Source: Andalucia godoyi And28 (taxonomy: Eukaryota; Protista; Jakobida). Taken from it: a DNA stretch of 64,000 nucleotides. The stretch spans positions 120,934 to 184,933 of the forward strand of contig VRVR01000023.1 of assembly GCA_009859145.1 (NCBI GenBank), in the 5' to 3' direction. A program made the position numbers and the translations under genes. Below the pieces are notes generated by a model that was not told the DNA's origin, searched no databases, and worked only from the letters and a program-made list of their open reading frames with translations. Shown in pieces: positions 28,991 to 39,449 of this stretch (position 1 is the stretch's first letter; every line of letters begins with the position of its first letter).

Positions 28991-29722
28991 GCCGCTGAAT
29001 AATAACACGCCATTGTGTCATGCATACGGAAGGAAGTGCCCATAAACAGACACGGTCGATACTGGCCGACACTAGCACGTTTGCTTCACAGGAATTCGTG
29101 CTTACGCACGCTCGGCCAAAATTCAGCCGGTGACACAGGCTCCGCATTTTCGACACTATTTAACGCAGCATCCGTAGCCATCTATTCTATCATTCGTTGG
29201 TTTCGTTTTTTGGCTTCACTTTTTTAATTCAAACATGGGCGTGAGTGCGCTGGGATGACGCATTCGCCTACGCCTACGCCGCTCGATACAGGGTCTCCTA
29301 GGTCCCGCAGACCTCCTAAGAGACCACGTGTCACTGCGCCTACCGCCTCTTCCTCTCGTATCTCCTGTTGCATCAATCGCTGCAACTGAGGACACGAAAG
29401 CGCCTGCTGCTAGGGCCGTCGGATTCAAAATGCACCCTTCTCAGGAACAACGTGTCACGCTGAGAAAGCGGCGGAGGAGTGCACGTCCAAATCGTGCGGG
29501 CGCTGCGGTGAGATCCATGCACGTCGAGGCGGCAGCTAAAAAGTGTTTGCATGTCCCGCGTGTAGCTCGCAGATTCATCGAGATTGGGAACGGAGAGCGG
29601 AACATTTATCTGAAGAACGCCATGAGGCGTGTTGGGGGCCTATCCCCTTTCCGGCGACGGGATGCAAGATTGAATATGCATGTCTATTCGTAGATATGCA
29701 TATTCAGTGTATAATGTAGGCG
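28991..29722 (+). mobile_element. Non-autonomous IS607-like Fanzor2 element, subfamily 1, copy B (longest)
   Basis: Same left end as A. GFKMHPSQEQRVTLRK is joined to RuvC-II/Zn finger EECTSKSCGRCGEIH..GGS*KVFACPACSSQIHRDW[+1]NGERNIYLKN. Terminus CAGTGTATAATGTAGGCG. Confidence 0.9.
29630..29722 (+). ncRNA. Candidate omega-RNA 3' scaffold (copy B)
   Basis: TTCCG-GCGA-CGGGA GNRA hairpin (29649-29662) and 15-bp stem 29671-29685/29692-29706. Confidence 0.55.
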
Positions 29723-30419
29723 AACATCCTCAGCGAAGCGCAACTGTAGTCATACAAGATTTTTTTTGTCGGGTGTCGTGTCTTGCTCAGCCGCTCCTTC
29801 GCCCTCGTCCCTGCTTCGACGTTCTTCAACGGCTGTCTGTCAATTCTCGACAGAAATGGATGGGTCGATTCAGCTTGCATCTGCAATTTGCGGTTTGGTG
29901 CAGCCTGTTGCAATCTGCGGTGATCTTCCTGAGGGATGCGTACGAGCAATTGGCCAAATCCCTGACCCATTTCGCGACGATCCATGGATCTCATGCCGTT
30001 CGAACCTGCTTGCTTCCACAGAATGCTCGCTTCCAGATCGGGTGAGCACTTTCCAGTGCGTGTGCTTTGACGATCATGCAGAATGAGTCGTGCCTTTTTT
30101 TTTTCGTTTTGCCACTTTCCCCTGTTTTCTCCAGTCCACCCCCCTCCTCCTCCCCCTTGCTCGCTCAAAAGGACGACGACATTAATCACCGACTTTCATT
30201 CGACTTTCTCTTTTTTTCCCCCTTTTCTCTTCCTTTTCTTTTGCTCCTCAATTTGCACATAACAACTGGCAGTTGCGAAGTATCTTTCCGTTCCCCTCCC
30301 ACAGCGAATCCTCTTATTTCTTTTTATTTAAAAGTTTTAAAGGGGTTTTTATAAAAAGCAGCGATTCTCCTCTCTCCTCCTCTCTCCTCCTCCGCTCCAT
30401 TTCTTGGACGTTTTGCGAA

Positions 30420-31274
30420 ATGGGCAATTCTTTTGGAAAATCAGAGCCGAAAAGCTCCCCTGTGCGCATTGTCTCTGTTCCGTCCAGGAGGTCTGCCCCC
30501 AGTTCATCATCGTCGAGAACAACTGCCAGCGCAGATAGGGCGAATGCATTCGTGAGCACTTCTGTTGCAGATGCACATGCCGTGAAAAGACCGCATCGTC
30601 GGCAACAAGTGATCGAAGAAGACCCAGATGCACAACCGTCGCCATTGGAGGGTATGCGTTTGCTGGGGCAGCACGAAGAATGCTCCGAGGACACGCTCCG
30701 AGAACAATCAGCGAGTACAGACGTGGATCGATGCGTCGTGGCGTTCCAGAACAATTCAAAATTCCCTGTTCGTGTGTGCATCGCCGGAGTCCGATCCGTG
30801 TCGAAAGGATCTGCAAAGCCGGTTATGGCCGAGTTCTTGCTGATGCCACATGTCAGCAGGCCTGTGATTGTGCAGAACATCTATCGGGTTATTGCAATTG
30901 AGACGAACCAAGGATGGCAGCGGGCATCAATGAACTTGGATGGTTCATTTTTTGATAACTGTGGAGACCCTAGCGAACTGACTGCAGAAGAAAAGGAAGA
31001 GGATGCGAGAGGCAGCCCACTCAAAAGAAGAGGAGACAGTGCAAAGTTTCGCGCAATCCGCGTGACGCTCACTTCCGGGGTCTTTCTAGATGGTGTCATC
31101 GACCGGTCTGCCCACTTGGTGCATGTCCATGGATTTGGCAAGATTTCTTCAATTCGGCACGAAGGAACGACAGATTCTGAACTCCGCAGACGTCTCGTGA
31201 GTTTACGCTGTTCCAGGCGCGATACCACGTCATCTGTCCTTCAAAAAGTACCAGAACAGCCATCGGTATTTTGA
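30420..31274 (+). CDS. Uncharacterised protein, predicted N-myristoylated, with FPVR...QGWQ domain (paralogue 1)
   Basis: MGNSFGKS start; NNSKFPVRV...EFLLMP...NQGWQR. Confidence 0.7.
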   Translation: MGNSFGKSEPKSSPVRIVSVPSRRSAPSSSSSRTTASADRANAFVSTSVADAHAVKRPHRRQQVIEEDPDAQPSPLEGMRLLGQHEECSEDTLREQSASTDVDRCVVAFQNNSKFPVRVCIAGVRSVSKGSAKPVMAEFLLMPHVSRPVIVQNIYRVIAIETNQGWQRASMNLDGSFFDNCGDPSELTAEEKEEDARGSPLKRRGDSAKFRAIRVTLTSGVFLDGVIDRSAHLVHVHGFGKISSIRHEGTTDSELRRRLVSLRCSRRDTTSSVLQKVPEQPSVF

Positions 31275-32074
31275 TCCCCCACCTCCCTGTCGAAAATGTG
31301 CCAAAGAATGTATATACGGAGCGTCTCTGTGTGTGAACGTCTGCGTAAAAGACGTACCTATTATATGCTGAAGCGAGGGGGCTTTTCATGAATTTTTTTC
31401 TTCCTCTGTCGTTTTTTCCGGGAGGTTTCCCTCCTTTTATTTTCTTAATCGTGGACGATTTGTAGGCGGTAAAGCAGGATGCAGCGTCTGAAAATCGTGG
31501 CTTGACGTGCGGAGCGAGAAACGTCCAGTAATCGGAATGCAGCATTCCAAGAACGAAAAAAGGGATCCCAAGCAGCAGTATGTCCGTTGCGAGCAGGCAC
31601 GCTGCGGCCGGTATCCAAGCAGACTATAAGTGGACATACAGGCAGGACTGCGAACAAAAACCAAGTACAGCGGCAATTTCTGAACGTCAATTGAAGTGGT
31701 CAAGGGTGTTCGAATGCATGCGCCACCCGACTTCCATGCCCGCAAGAAGACGGAGAGTTGCCTCCACTTCATGACGAGTAGGGGGGGACTGACCCATCGT
31801 GTTTTTTGGTTATTGAAATCTTGACACGCCCAGCCTCAGTAAGGCGTATTTGTTTAAAAAGTGCTCTCTTTTGTATGCAAAAACATACACTGGAAAGAAA
31901 ACAACAACAACAACAGCAACAAAACAAAAAAGCAAACAAATAGAAAAGAAAAAACCCGGGCCTCGGCATGCTTCATCGATCTCTCCGACTCTAAAGCAGC
32001 ACAGGTACTCGTTTTATTTTATTTTAGAAAGAATAGAAGCAACCAAATTGTTACAGACGGGCGGCAACTATAAT

Positions 32075-34024
32075 ATGGGAAATCGTTGTGCCACCGGTCC
32101 GACCGCTAGACGAGCGCATGACCAGGAATTGCACGGGCCACAACATGTCCTTCCTCCGTCCAGAGGCAGGAATCGAGAAGGAAAGAAGAAGGCGGCAGTC
32201 GAACTACCCACCAGTAGACCTCATAATGGTAGCGCGCACCCCCTCAAACAACTGACACTGCGAGAACTGCACCGACCAAATGCACTCGATTTAGAAGGAT
32301 TAGATTGCGAAGGACCGCGTCTCTACGACGAAGAAGCGTGGCACACTCCGGGCGATGGCTTCGACGATGTTCATGGATACGGCAAATGCCCGTCTCCGGC
32401 AGCGGCTTTTCACAACAACGGCAGTGCAACGACGAAGGTTAAACCGAACTTCGGCGAGAATCTGCTTCCTCCCGAATCGCTGCAGTCCACTCCAGTACCC
32501 AAACGTTCTCCGCACGAAATGGAGTTGGCAGCCATCGACAACCATCGAACCGTTTCTTCTCTCAGCAGCAGCGTGGAGTTGACGTGCACTGCAGGCACCG
32601 ATGCTGCATCCATCGATCATGACTCCTCCGATAATATTACCCCTGCGTTGAAATGCCCCAGAGCCACATTCCACCACATTCGCGCTGCTGGTTCTACAAA
32701 ATACGTCGTCAAAGATAAGTTCGGACGGGCTCCCATACCAAGGCAGTCGACGACGCTCGCCACGGACTGGACGAACGACCCGTTTTTGAAGAACGATTTA
32801 CAACGTGGTTCGATGGGCAGCTCTTCACGAACCGAGTCCTCTTGTGCGACTGGCACTGGCACATCCAATGCTGCCGGAACCTTTAACAGCCAACAGAAAC
32901 TTTCCTCCGACACCGTGACTTCCCAGTCTACTGCGACTACTGCTAGTACCACTACCACTACCGTTCATGCTCCGAGTCAGCAGCTTGGAATGCATCGTCA
33001 CCCAACCGCACGATTGTTCAAGCAGTCGTCGTCGGGAGGTGGGGGCTATGGGTACCATCTGCGTTCTTCCAGTGTTGGACTTCCTACAATGTCCGTGAGA
33101 TCATCGCTTGTGGTGCTCCCCAGCTCCTTCCGCTCCGTGGAGCAAAGCAAGAACCCGCAGCTGAGCGCAACGGTTGGGAATTTCTCGGATCCTTTGCCGA
33201 TGTCCTCTTCGTCTTCCAATTACTTTCGAGAATTGCAGGAGTCCAAAACCAGAACGCTCAGTATGGATTGGGATGCAAAAGCGCTGATCTCTGAGCCGAC
33301 TGCCGCCGCAACACGGCAACAGCAAAAGCCTGCAAGTCGACGATCCTCCAGAATGTCTGTTGGATCCACAACAACAATTTCCGACAGCAGCACAACTCGA
33401 CAGGCGGAGGATCATGCAGAAGCAGTGCATCCCGTTCCATCCGCTGTCTTCTCGGACCGCACATCGATGGAGCGATCGAAATCTTCGAGGTTTCCAGAAA
33501 GCGAACATGAATTCGGTTTCACTATCGCCAACAAGACGATGTTCCCTGTTCGGGTCAACATTCTTGTGCAGCGGGCAGCGGGGCCACATCTCGAGAACTT
33601 TGAATTCATTGTTCTTCCATTCATGACGCCCGGATTCGAGCTGGTGGCGTGCACGGTGCCCGGTTCGAAAATTCTTGCGCTCTTGGTTTCGCAGGGCTGG
33701 CAACGGGTTTCATGCACAAAGGCTGACACGTGGGATCGAGCAAGAAAAGCTTCGTGCTACGAGTTCGCCGTCAGTGTGCGATCGTGTCCCGCGGTCACAT
33801 CCTCCACCTCCGCAGCAGTGGGAGTCAGTCAGGCAACTGAGCCACCTAAAATACGCATTCGTCTGTACTCCGCCTGCAAGTCGTTTCGGAAAAAACTGTT
33901 TGAGGGGGTCTCGGACCGGCATGCCGAGTCTGATTATTCGATTCCTTACAACGCATTCGACAACGACAGCGTCTCGGCGCTTCTCAACCATAACACCTTT
34001 CAAGTTTTGAATCAGCCGCAATAA
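32075..34024 (+). CDS. Uncharacterised Ser/Thr-rich protein, predicted myristoylated/palmitoylated, with C-terminal FPVR...QGWQ domain (paralogue 2)
   Basis: MGNRC start; NKTMFPVRV...EFIVLP...SQGWQR. Confidence 0.7.
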   Translation: MGNRCATGPTARRAHDQELHGPQHVLPPSRGRNREGKKKAAVELPTSRPHNGSAHPLKQLTLRELHRPNALDLEGLDCEGPRLYDEEAWHTPGDGFDDVHGYGKCPSPAAAFHNNGSATTKVKPNFGENLLPPESLQSTPVPKRSPHEMELAAIDNHRTVSSLSSSVELTCTAGTDAASIDHDSSDNITPALKCPRATFHHIRAAGSTKYVVKDKFGRAPIPRQSTTLATDWTNDPFLKNDLQRGSMGSSSRTESSCATGTGTSNAAGTFNSQQKLSSDTVTSQSTATTASTTTTTVHAPSQQLGMHRHPTARLFKQSSSGGGGYGYHLRSSSVGLPTMSVRSSLVVLPSSFRSVEQSKNPQLSATVGNFSDPLPMSSSSSNYFRELQESKTRTLSMDWDAKALISEPTAAATRQQQKPASRRSSRMSVGSTTTISDSSTTRQAEDHAEAVHPVPSAVFSDRTSMERSKSSRFPESEHEFGFTIANKTMFPVRVNILVQRAAGPHLENFEFIVLPFMTPGFELVACTVPGSKILALLVSQGWQRVSCTKADTWDRARKASCYEFAVSVRSCPAVTSSTSAAVGVSQATEPPKIRIRLYSACKSFRKKLFEGVSDRHAESDYSIPYNAFDNDSVSALLNHNTFQVLNQPQ

Positions 34025-34322
34025 AAAAAAGGTATATTTCAAACGGAAAAAGTGCACCCCCAGTTATTTTTACTATGGGCTTTCAGCTTGTGTCCGGTGG
34101 TGTGCGGTGGGTGCGGCTCATCGAACGAACGAACGAACGAACGAAACCCCAGCACCAACAGCAGCACAGCAGCACCTTCCTTGTCTTGGGCATGCTTGCC
34201 CGGATGCACGTTGCTCAACTTGCAGTTGCATATTACATACTATTTACACCACATTTCTTCTTTTTTCCCCCTTTTTTGCATGGAGACTGTTTGGTTGGAT
34301 GGATTGTGGAAACAGACAACTA

Positions 34323-35600
34323 CTACTGATTGATCAGAAGCTGGCGAGTGGCACGAGACTGTCCGCATGCTACAATCACCGGGGGTTTTGAAGAGGAGAT
34401 GCCGATCTTCACTTCAAACTGCCCGTGCAAGCGGTGATCAAGAACATAGGTGGGCTGATGCGGAGCCTCATTTGCAGAAGCAGGTGTCGGTGCGGCGACT
34501 TTCGGACATTGGCGAATAGACATGACCAAATCGGCATTGAAAGAGACAAGATCGTGAGCAGAACCAGAAAGGACAACCTTTTGCCAGCCCTGAACAACAT
34601 TGACAGAAATAATGCGATTTCCTGGCAGGATCTCAATCTTCTGGTACTGGGGATCCGTGTGGCGCTTAGGGAACACAACGTACTCTTCATAGCGAAGCTC
34701 CTGTCTCTTGCATGCTTCTAGAACCATCACGATTCTGACAGGAAAACACGTCTTGTTGATGCAAATCAAGTGAAACGGTGTTTTGACCACCGTGGAACCC
34801 GAAATGGGATCTTCCGCTGGATTGGAGAGCACAGACTTCTTGGATACCACTCCACCAAACTTGTCGAACATCTGGTAGACGTGCGACAAACTCATAAAGT
34901 TATGCGGCATCTTCACCTTGTCTAGCAGGCTGGAGACTGGTTCTGGTGCAGCAGCACTGCTGGGCAGCTCATGCACATCTCGACCAGCAGAATGAGCTGC
35001 AACAGGCGTCGGCTTTCCATTCGGAGAGCAGTGGTCCGTCACAACAGACGAGTAGGACACGGAGTTTGAAATCTGCGCTGGCTCTGTCGAGCTTGCAATG
35101 GATGATTGGCTGCCTCTGCGTCCACTCGGCCGTCTGGACAATCGCATGTTCATCGATGTCGATGCATGTGCCGAACACAGCGTCTGACGTCTCTCAATTC
35201 GGCCACACATGCCTCTCCGTTTCCCATACACATCCTTATCAGACGACGGCCACTGCGGAGGAGACACACAGACAGCAGGGGAGGGATCGACGGAATCCTT
35301 CAATGTAGGATCCTCAAAGTCGTACTGTTCGGCCCCGGGATCGGCGTAGAGGAACAATGGGATTTCTTCAATATTCGAATGCGTGATTCGATGCTTCTCA
35401 AATCGGCGTCCCCATGCTTGTTTCTTGATCGAACTGGATACTTGGCGAATGGACGTACTCTTCGCAACCGGTATCTTTAGAAGGACAGACGCCGGGGTGC
35501 GTCCTGAGGCGTGTGCCGCTGCCGCTGTTTCTGCTCTGTGAACAAAATCAACGGCCGACGTGACAATCGGATGCGGTGCGCTTGTTTCTGGATTGCTCAT
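34323..35600 (-). CDS. Uncharacterised protein with C-terminal FPVR...QGWQ domain (paralogue 3)
   Basis: Start MSNPET at 35600; NKTCFPVRI...EEYVVFP...VQGWQK. Confidence 0.7.
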   Translation of the reverse strand: MSNPETSAPHPIVTSAVDFVHRAETAAAAHASGRTPASVLLKIPVAKSTSIRQVSSSIKKQAWGRRFEKHRITHSNIEEIPLFLYADPGAEQYDFEDPTLKDSVDPSPAVCVSPPQWPSSDKDVYGKRRGMCGRIERRQTLCSAHASTSMNMRLSRRPSGRRGSQSSIASSTEPAQISNSVSYSSVVTDHCSPNGKPTPVAAHSAGRDVHELPSSAAAPEPVSSLLDKVKMPHNFMSLSHVYQMFDKFGGVVSKKSVLSNPAEDPISGSTVVKTPFHLICINKTCFPVRIVMVLEACKRQELRYEEYVVFPKRHTDPQYQKIEILPGNRIISVNVVQGWQKVVLSGSAHDLVSFNADLVMSIRQCPKVAAPTPASANEAPHQPTYVLDHRLHGQFEVKIGISSSKPPVIVACGQSRATRQLLINQ

Positions 35601-36118
35601 GGGCGTAAAGAGAGAAAGTTCAGAAAATATTGCAAATAAACGAGCCTGTTTGTGGGGATGAGAGAAACAGCAAAAAGATACAATACCACAAAGGACAGGA
35701 AGGAACAGAACAGAACAGAACAGAACAGAACAGGATTGGATGAGATGGGATGCGGTAAGGGGGGTGGGATGGGATGGGATGAGATGAGATCTTGTTTCCG
35801 TCAGGCATGGGTTATGAAGACGAATCCTGTCATCGTCCTTGACGAGAGTGAACTGGGAATCGACGTTCCATTTGCCCTTCAACACGCCGCAAAACAACAG
35901 GGTCGTTGATTCCGAGCAGATGTCAAGTAGAAGCCAGCTTTCAATACAGGTGCTCGTACCTCCGGGATATCTGGTTGTACGGCACGACCTTTCAGCAGAC
36001 ATCAAGCCTGAAGCCACAAGCAAAAGGAGAGGAAAAGAGCTGTGGAGCTGTGCAAAGAAGGGGGGGGGAAGCAGCAGCAGGCGTCCCTCTGCAGCACGAG
36101 CGAGATACCGTGCAAGGA

Positions 36119-37200
36119 TCAGCGAGGGGTCACAGCGATTTCCAAACTGTGCACAAAGTCGAAGAGTGCGTCAACAACCTGTCTCGAATGTTCACTCCAC
36201 AACAGCGAATAGTGAGTTGAGCCTGCGATTCGACGGTGCATTCGCACATCTGGAAACAGAGAGTTGCAGAGTTGGTCATAGACAACTGGATGGACAATGG
36301 GAGCGCCACCCCTTTTAAACCCAAACTCAGCAACCACCACTGCAACGGGAACTGTGATCTTTCGAAACTCTGCAGCTTTCAGCAAGTTTGCTCGCTGCCA
36401 AGCAATGTCCATTCCAACAATCGCCAGATCATGTTTCACTTTGAATCCCGAGCCTTCTGTATGTTCAGCCGCTTCCACGGGCAGCAGCTCATGGCGAAAT
36501 GACTCCAACTGGTCAACGTCGAGTGACGACTCGTCAGGAACTGGGCTTCCAAACCAGTATTCCAGATACGCCGCAAGATTCTTAAACGTCATTTTCAAGC
36601 GGTCCAGTGCCTTGACGACTCCTGGGATCAAATCCGGTGAAATGTACTCCTGCGGGGTGTCGACTGGGTATCCGGCGTCAAGCAGAACCAGCCCTTCCAT
36701 GCGATCCGCATATCGACCTGCTGCAATTTCACACACAAAAGCACCCATTGAGTGCCCGACAAACACTGCCTTGGGAATACCGAATTCGTCAAGGACCGCA
36801 ATAAGATCGTCTGCGTGGATCTCGTGGCCCTTGTAATTTGCAAAGTATGCAGGGCTCGCTTCCGGAGACGACGGTCGAAACACGGAGTCCCGCGACCTCT
36901 CAAGTCGACCGAAAGGATCCGTCCTATGCAGGACGCATAGCGCGGATCCGATTGAATCGCACGGCAAAGCCCACTAAAGTTCAGCGAATACCCAGTAATC
37001 CCGGGCACAAAGACAATCGTTTTTGGTGTGCAAATATCGGACTGCCCGACAGTCGTAGTAGTACCGACATTACAGTTGTTGTCATTATTGCTGCTGCTGT
37101 TGTCGTCGCGGTTCGTCGGAGGAGCAACGTACTTCACATGAACGAGTCCGCCATCTGGACGAGAAATCGTTCTCGATTGCCAAGACACGGTCTTCTGCAT
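36119..37200 (-). pseudogene. Alpha/beta hydrolase interrupted by a single frameshift at 36889-36891 (pseudogene or assembly error)
   Basis: Upstream frame gives FVPGITG...DLRGRG; downstream frame gives DS...GHSMG...THYSLL. Adding one G to GGG restores DLRGRGDS. Confidence 0.8.
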
Positions 37201-37482
37201 GACATCCAGTGCTTGCAGTTTGTGTGTGTGTGTGTGCAACAGTCCCTTTTTTTACTTTGGCAACATCCAAGCAGAATAAAAGAGTTTTCCTTTCAGACAT
37301 TTTTAACAATTGACGTCGGAGGAAAAAAGCACCCGACTTGAGGCTAGCTTGCTCTGCAGACTACGGTCGCAGCCTGGCAGCCCAACCTGCCGTTGAAATG
37401 GGGGGGATTTTCCCCGCAATTGGTGCTGCCTGTACGACCTCCTTGTGAACGAATTGTTTCGCTTTCCACCATCAGCAGTCGA

Positions 37483-37520
<38 letters not shown>
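37483..37520. repeat. (CA)n microsatellite; similar short CA/CT/AG runs at ~8361, 39202, 44537, 51302, 55263 and 57552
   Basis: Dinucleotide runs seen directly in intergenic DNA. Confidence 0.9.
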
Positions 37521-37522
<2 letters not shown>

Positions 37523-37952
37523 CGGCATGCATACACACACGCACGCATACACCAACTTACTTTTTATCTTGCAACAGATGAATGAATATTGAAATCAAAG
37601 AAGAATATTAAGAACAACCACAGTAACCTTTTTTTCCCCTTTAAAAGAAGAAGAAGAAGAAGATTGGTGTTGTGTTTACGATTAAGGAAGGCACAGGAGT
37701 AAGGGCAAGAAAGACACAAAGGTCTCCTCCAACGCTCAGAAAACAAGCACAGGAAACGGTGTTATTATTTTTTTAAATCACCAAGACAGTATTTTAGTCC
37801 CTTCCGTTTGACTCGACGCCCACTCGTTCTTTCGGTTTCTTTCCCGCCGCCCCAACTTGTTGACCTAAGAAACATTTCTTTGTGGCCATTTGTTTTTGCA
37901 TTTTTTTCCTTTTCTTGTTGTGGGATCGTGTTTTGAGAATCTCGAGGTGAAT

Positions 37953-39110
37953 ATGTCTTCGCAGTTTTTATCGAGTATACGGAAGCAATCTGCGGCGTCG
38001 AAAGACGAGAGAATAGCACAGCTCGAGTCTGAGAATGCAAGACTGCAAAAGGAGGTATTGAGATGGGAAGAGATGTATGGCCGACTTCGAGCATCCAAGG
38101 AAAAGATCTCCTCATCGTCATCGTCATCGTCGATAATTCCGAAAAACTCAAGTTCAACGAATCTCGCAACAGAGTCTGCTGAGCAGTATCAAAGCAAGGC
38201 GGATGCTGAAATCCAGAGTCTTCGAGCAATGATGGGTGCCGTTTTCGAGGCGTTTCCACAAGCTTCCCATTTCTTGGCAGCGCGATTTGGATCCGTTCCG
38301 TCGTGCATTCCTCCCTCCATCGCAAGTCCTCTATCCAGCAGCAGCAACGTGAAATACGAGGAGCCTTCGCATGGCCCTGTCGGAGCACACGCTGCCGGGA
38401 ACACGGACCTCCTTAGTAACCACAGCAATATGAGTGCGAACGGAAACAGAAGCGGAAACGGTAGCGGAAGCGGAAGTGGAAATGGGAATGGGGGTTATGC
38501 CTTTCACAACAGTAACAACAGTAGCAACAGCAACAACAGCTATGGCAACAGTGTTCCGTTTTCACCGGAGAGCTTCCAGCCAATGCAAGTGTCGAAACAG
38601 GCTCACCAGCACTACCAGCCTCAGGCTTTTGTGCAGTCGCATGTTTCGGCTCCGGCTCCGTCTCCGTCTCCATCTCCGTCTCCATCTCCCCAACAGCAGC
38701 AGCAGCAACCGGTGATGAAACAGAATAGCCCAGGGACGATACATCCACTGCCTTTTGTTTCACATGACGGCTTTAGCGAGCATGCTTCCAGCGGTCCAGT
38801 GATGTCGAGTACGGCTCGAAGGGTCTCGGTGACGACTGGTGGATCACCGTCTCCGTTGGTGCAGCAAGCTGCGCAGCCGAGAAGCATCGCGAGGCAAGTG
38901 AGCACTTCGCAGCCAGAAGATAATCTTAGTAGGATGATCCAGGAGACTGTGAACGGAATTCGAAACCTCGATGTCCAGGTCAATGAGCACATGGCGGAGT
39001 CGGAAGCAAAAATGCAAGCCGATAAGGCACATCGGCAAAAGTTTGTCCAGCTTCAAACTTGTCTCCAGGCGATGCACGATATTGTCGCTAGAGCAGTCAC
39101 CTCTGAGTAA
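37953..39110 (+). CDS. Uncharacterised low-complexity protein with N- and C-terminal coiled coils
   Basis: ORF starting MSSQFLSSIRK with N/S/Q/P-rich middle. Confidence 0.65.
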   Translation: MSSQFLSSIRKQSAASKDERIAQLESENARLQKEVLRWEEMYGRLRASKEKISSSSSSSSIIPKNSSSTNLATESAEQYQSKADAEIQSLRAMMGAVFEAFPQASHFLAARFGSVPSCIPPSIASPLSSSSNVKYEEPSHGPVGAHAAGNTDLLSNHSNMSANGNRSGNGSGSGSGNGNGGYAFHNSNNSSNSNNSYGNSVPFSPESFQPMQVSKQAHQHYQPQAFVQSHVSAPAPSPSPSPSPSPQQQQQQPVMKQNSPGTIHPLPFVSHDGFSEHASSGPVMSSTARRVSVTTGGSPSPLVQQAAQPRSIARQVSTSQPEDNLSRMIQETVNGIRNLDVQVNEHMAESEAKMQADKAHRQKFVQLQTCLQAMHDIVARAVTSE

Positions 39111-39195
39111 TCACTGGCTTTCTTCTTTCACTATCTTTTCTTTTTTGTGCGTGTGCGTGTGTGTGTTTGTGTTTCTGCTTGTGTACATAACGGAA

Positions 39196-39238
<43 letters not shown>

Positions 39239-39449
39239 TAAAATACCGCCGCGACCCTTCTCTGTCTAGCTGCTGTAACCCTTGGCATAACCGCTGAATG
39301 TGATGTGATGGTTCTCAGTCTTTTTGTTCTTCTTCGTTTCGATTTTTCAAATTATCAATTTCTCCCCGTTTGTTCCAAGTCTGTGCAATCCTCTTCCCGC
39401 AGCATCAACAATCGGATCCAGCAAACACAAGACAGGGCAGGACAGGATA

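Noticed and set aside
29723-30189. 161-aa minus-strand ORF next to element B as possible element cargo
   Set aside because: It lies outside the conserved right terminus, has no counterpart beside the other copies, and has no recognisable motif.
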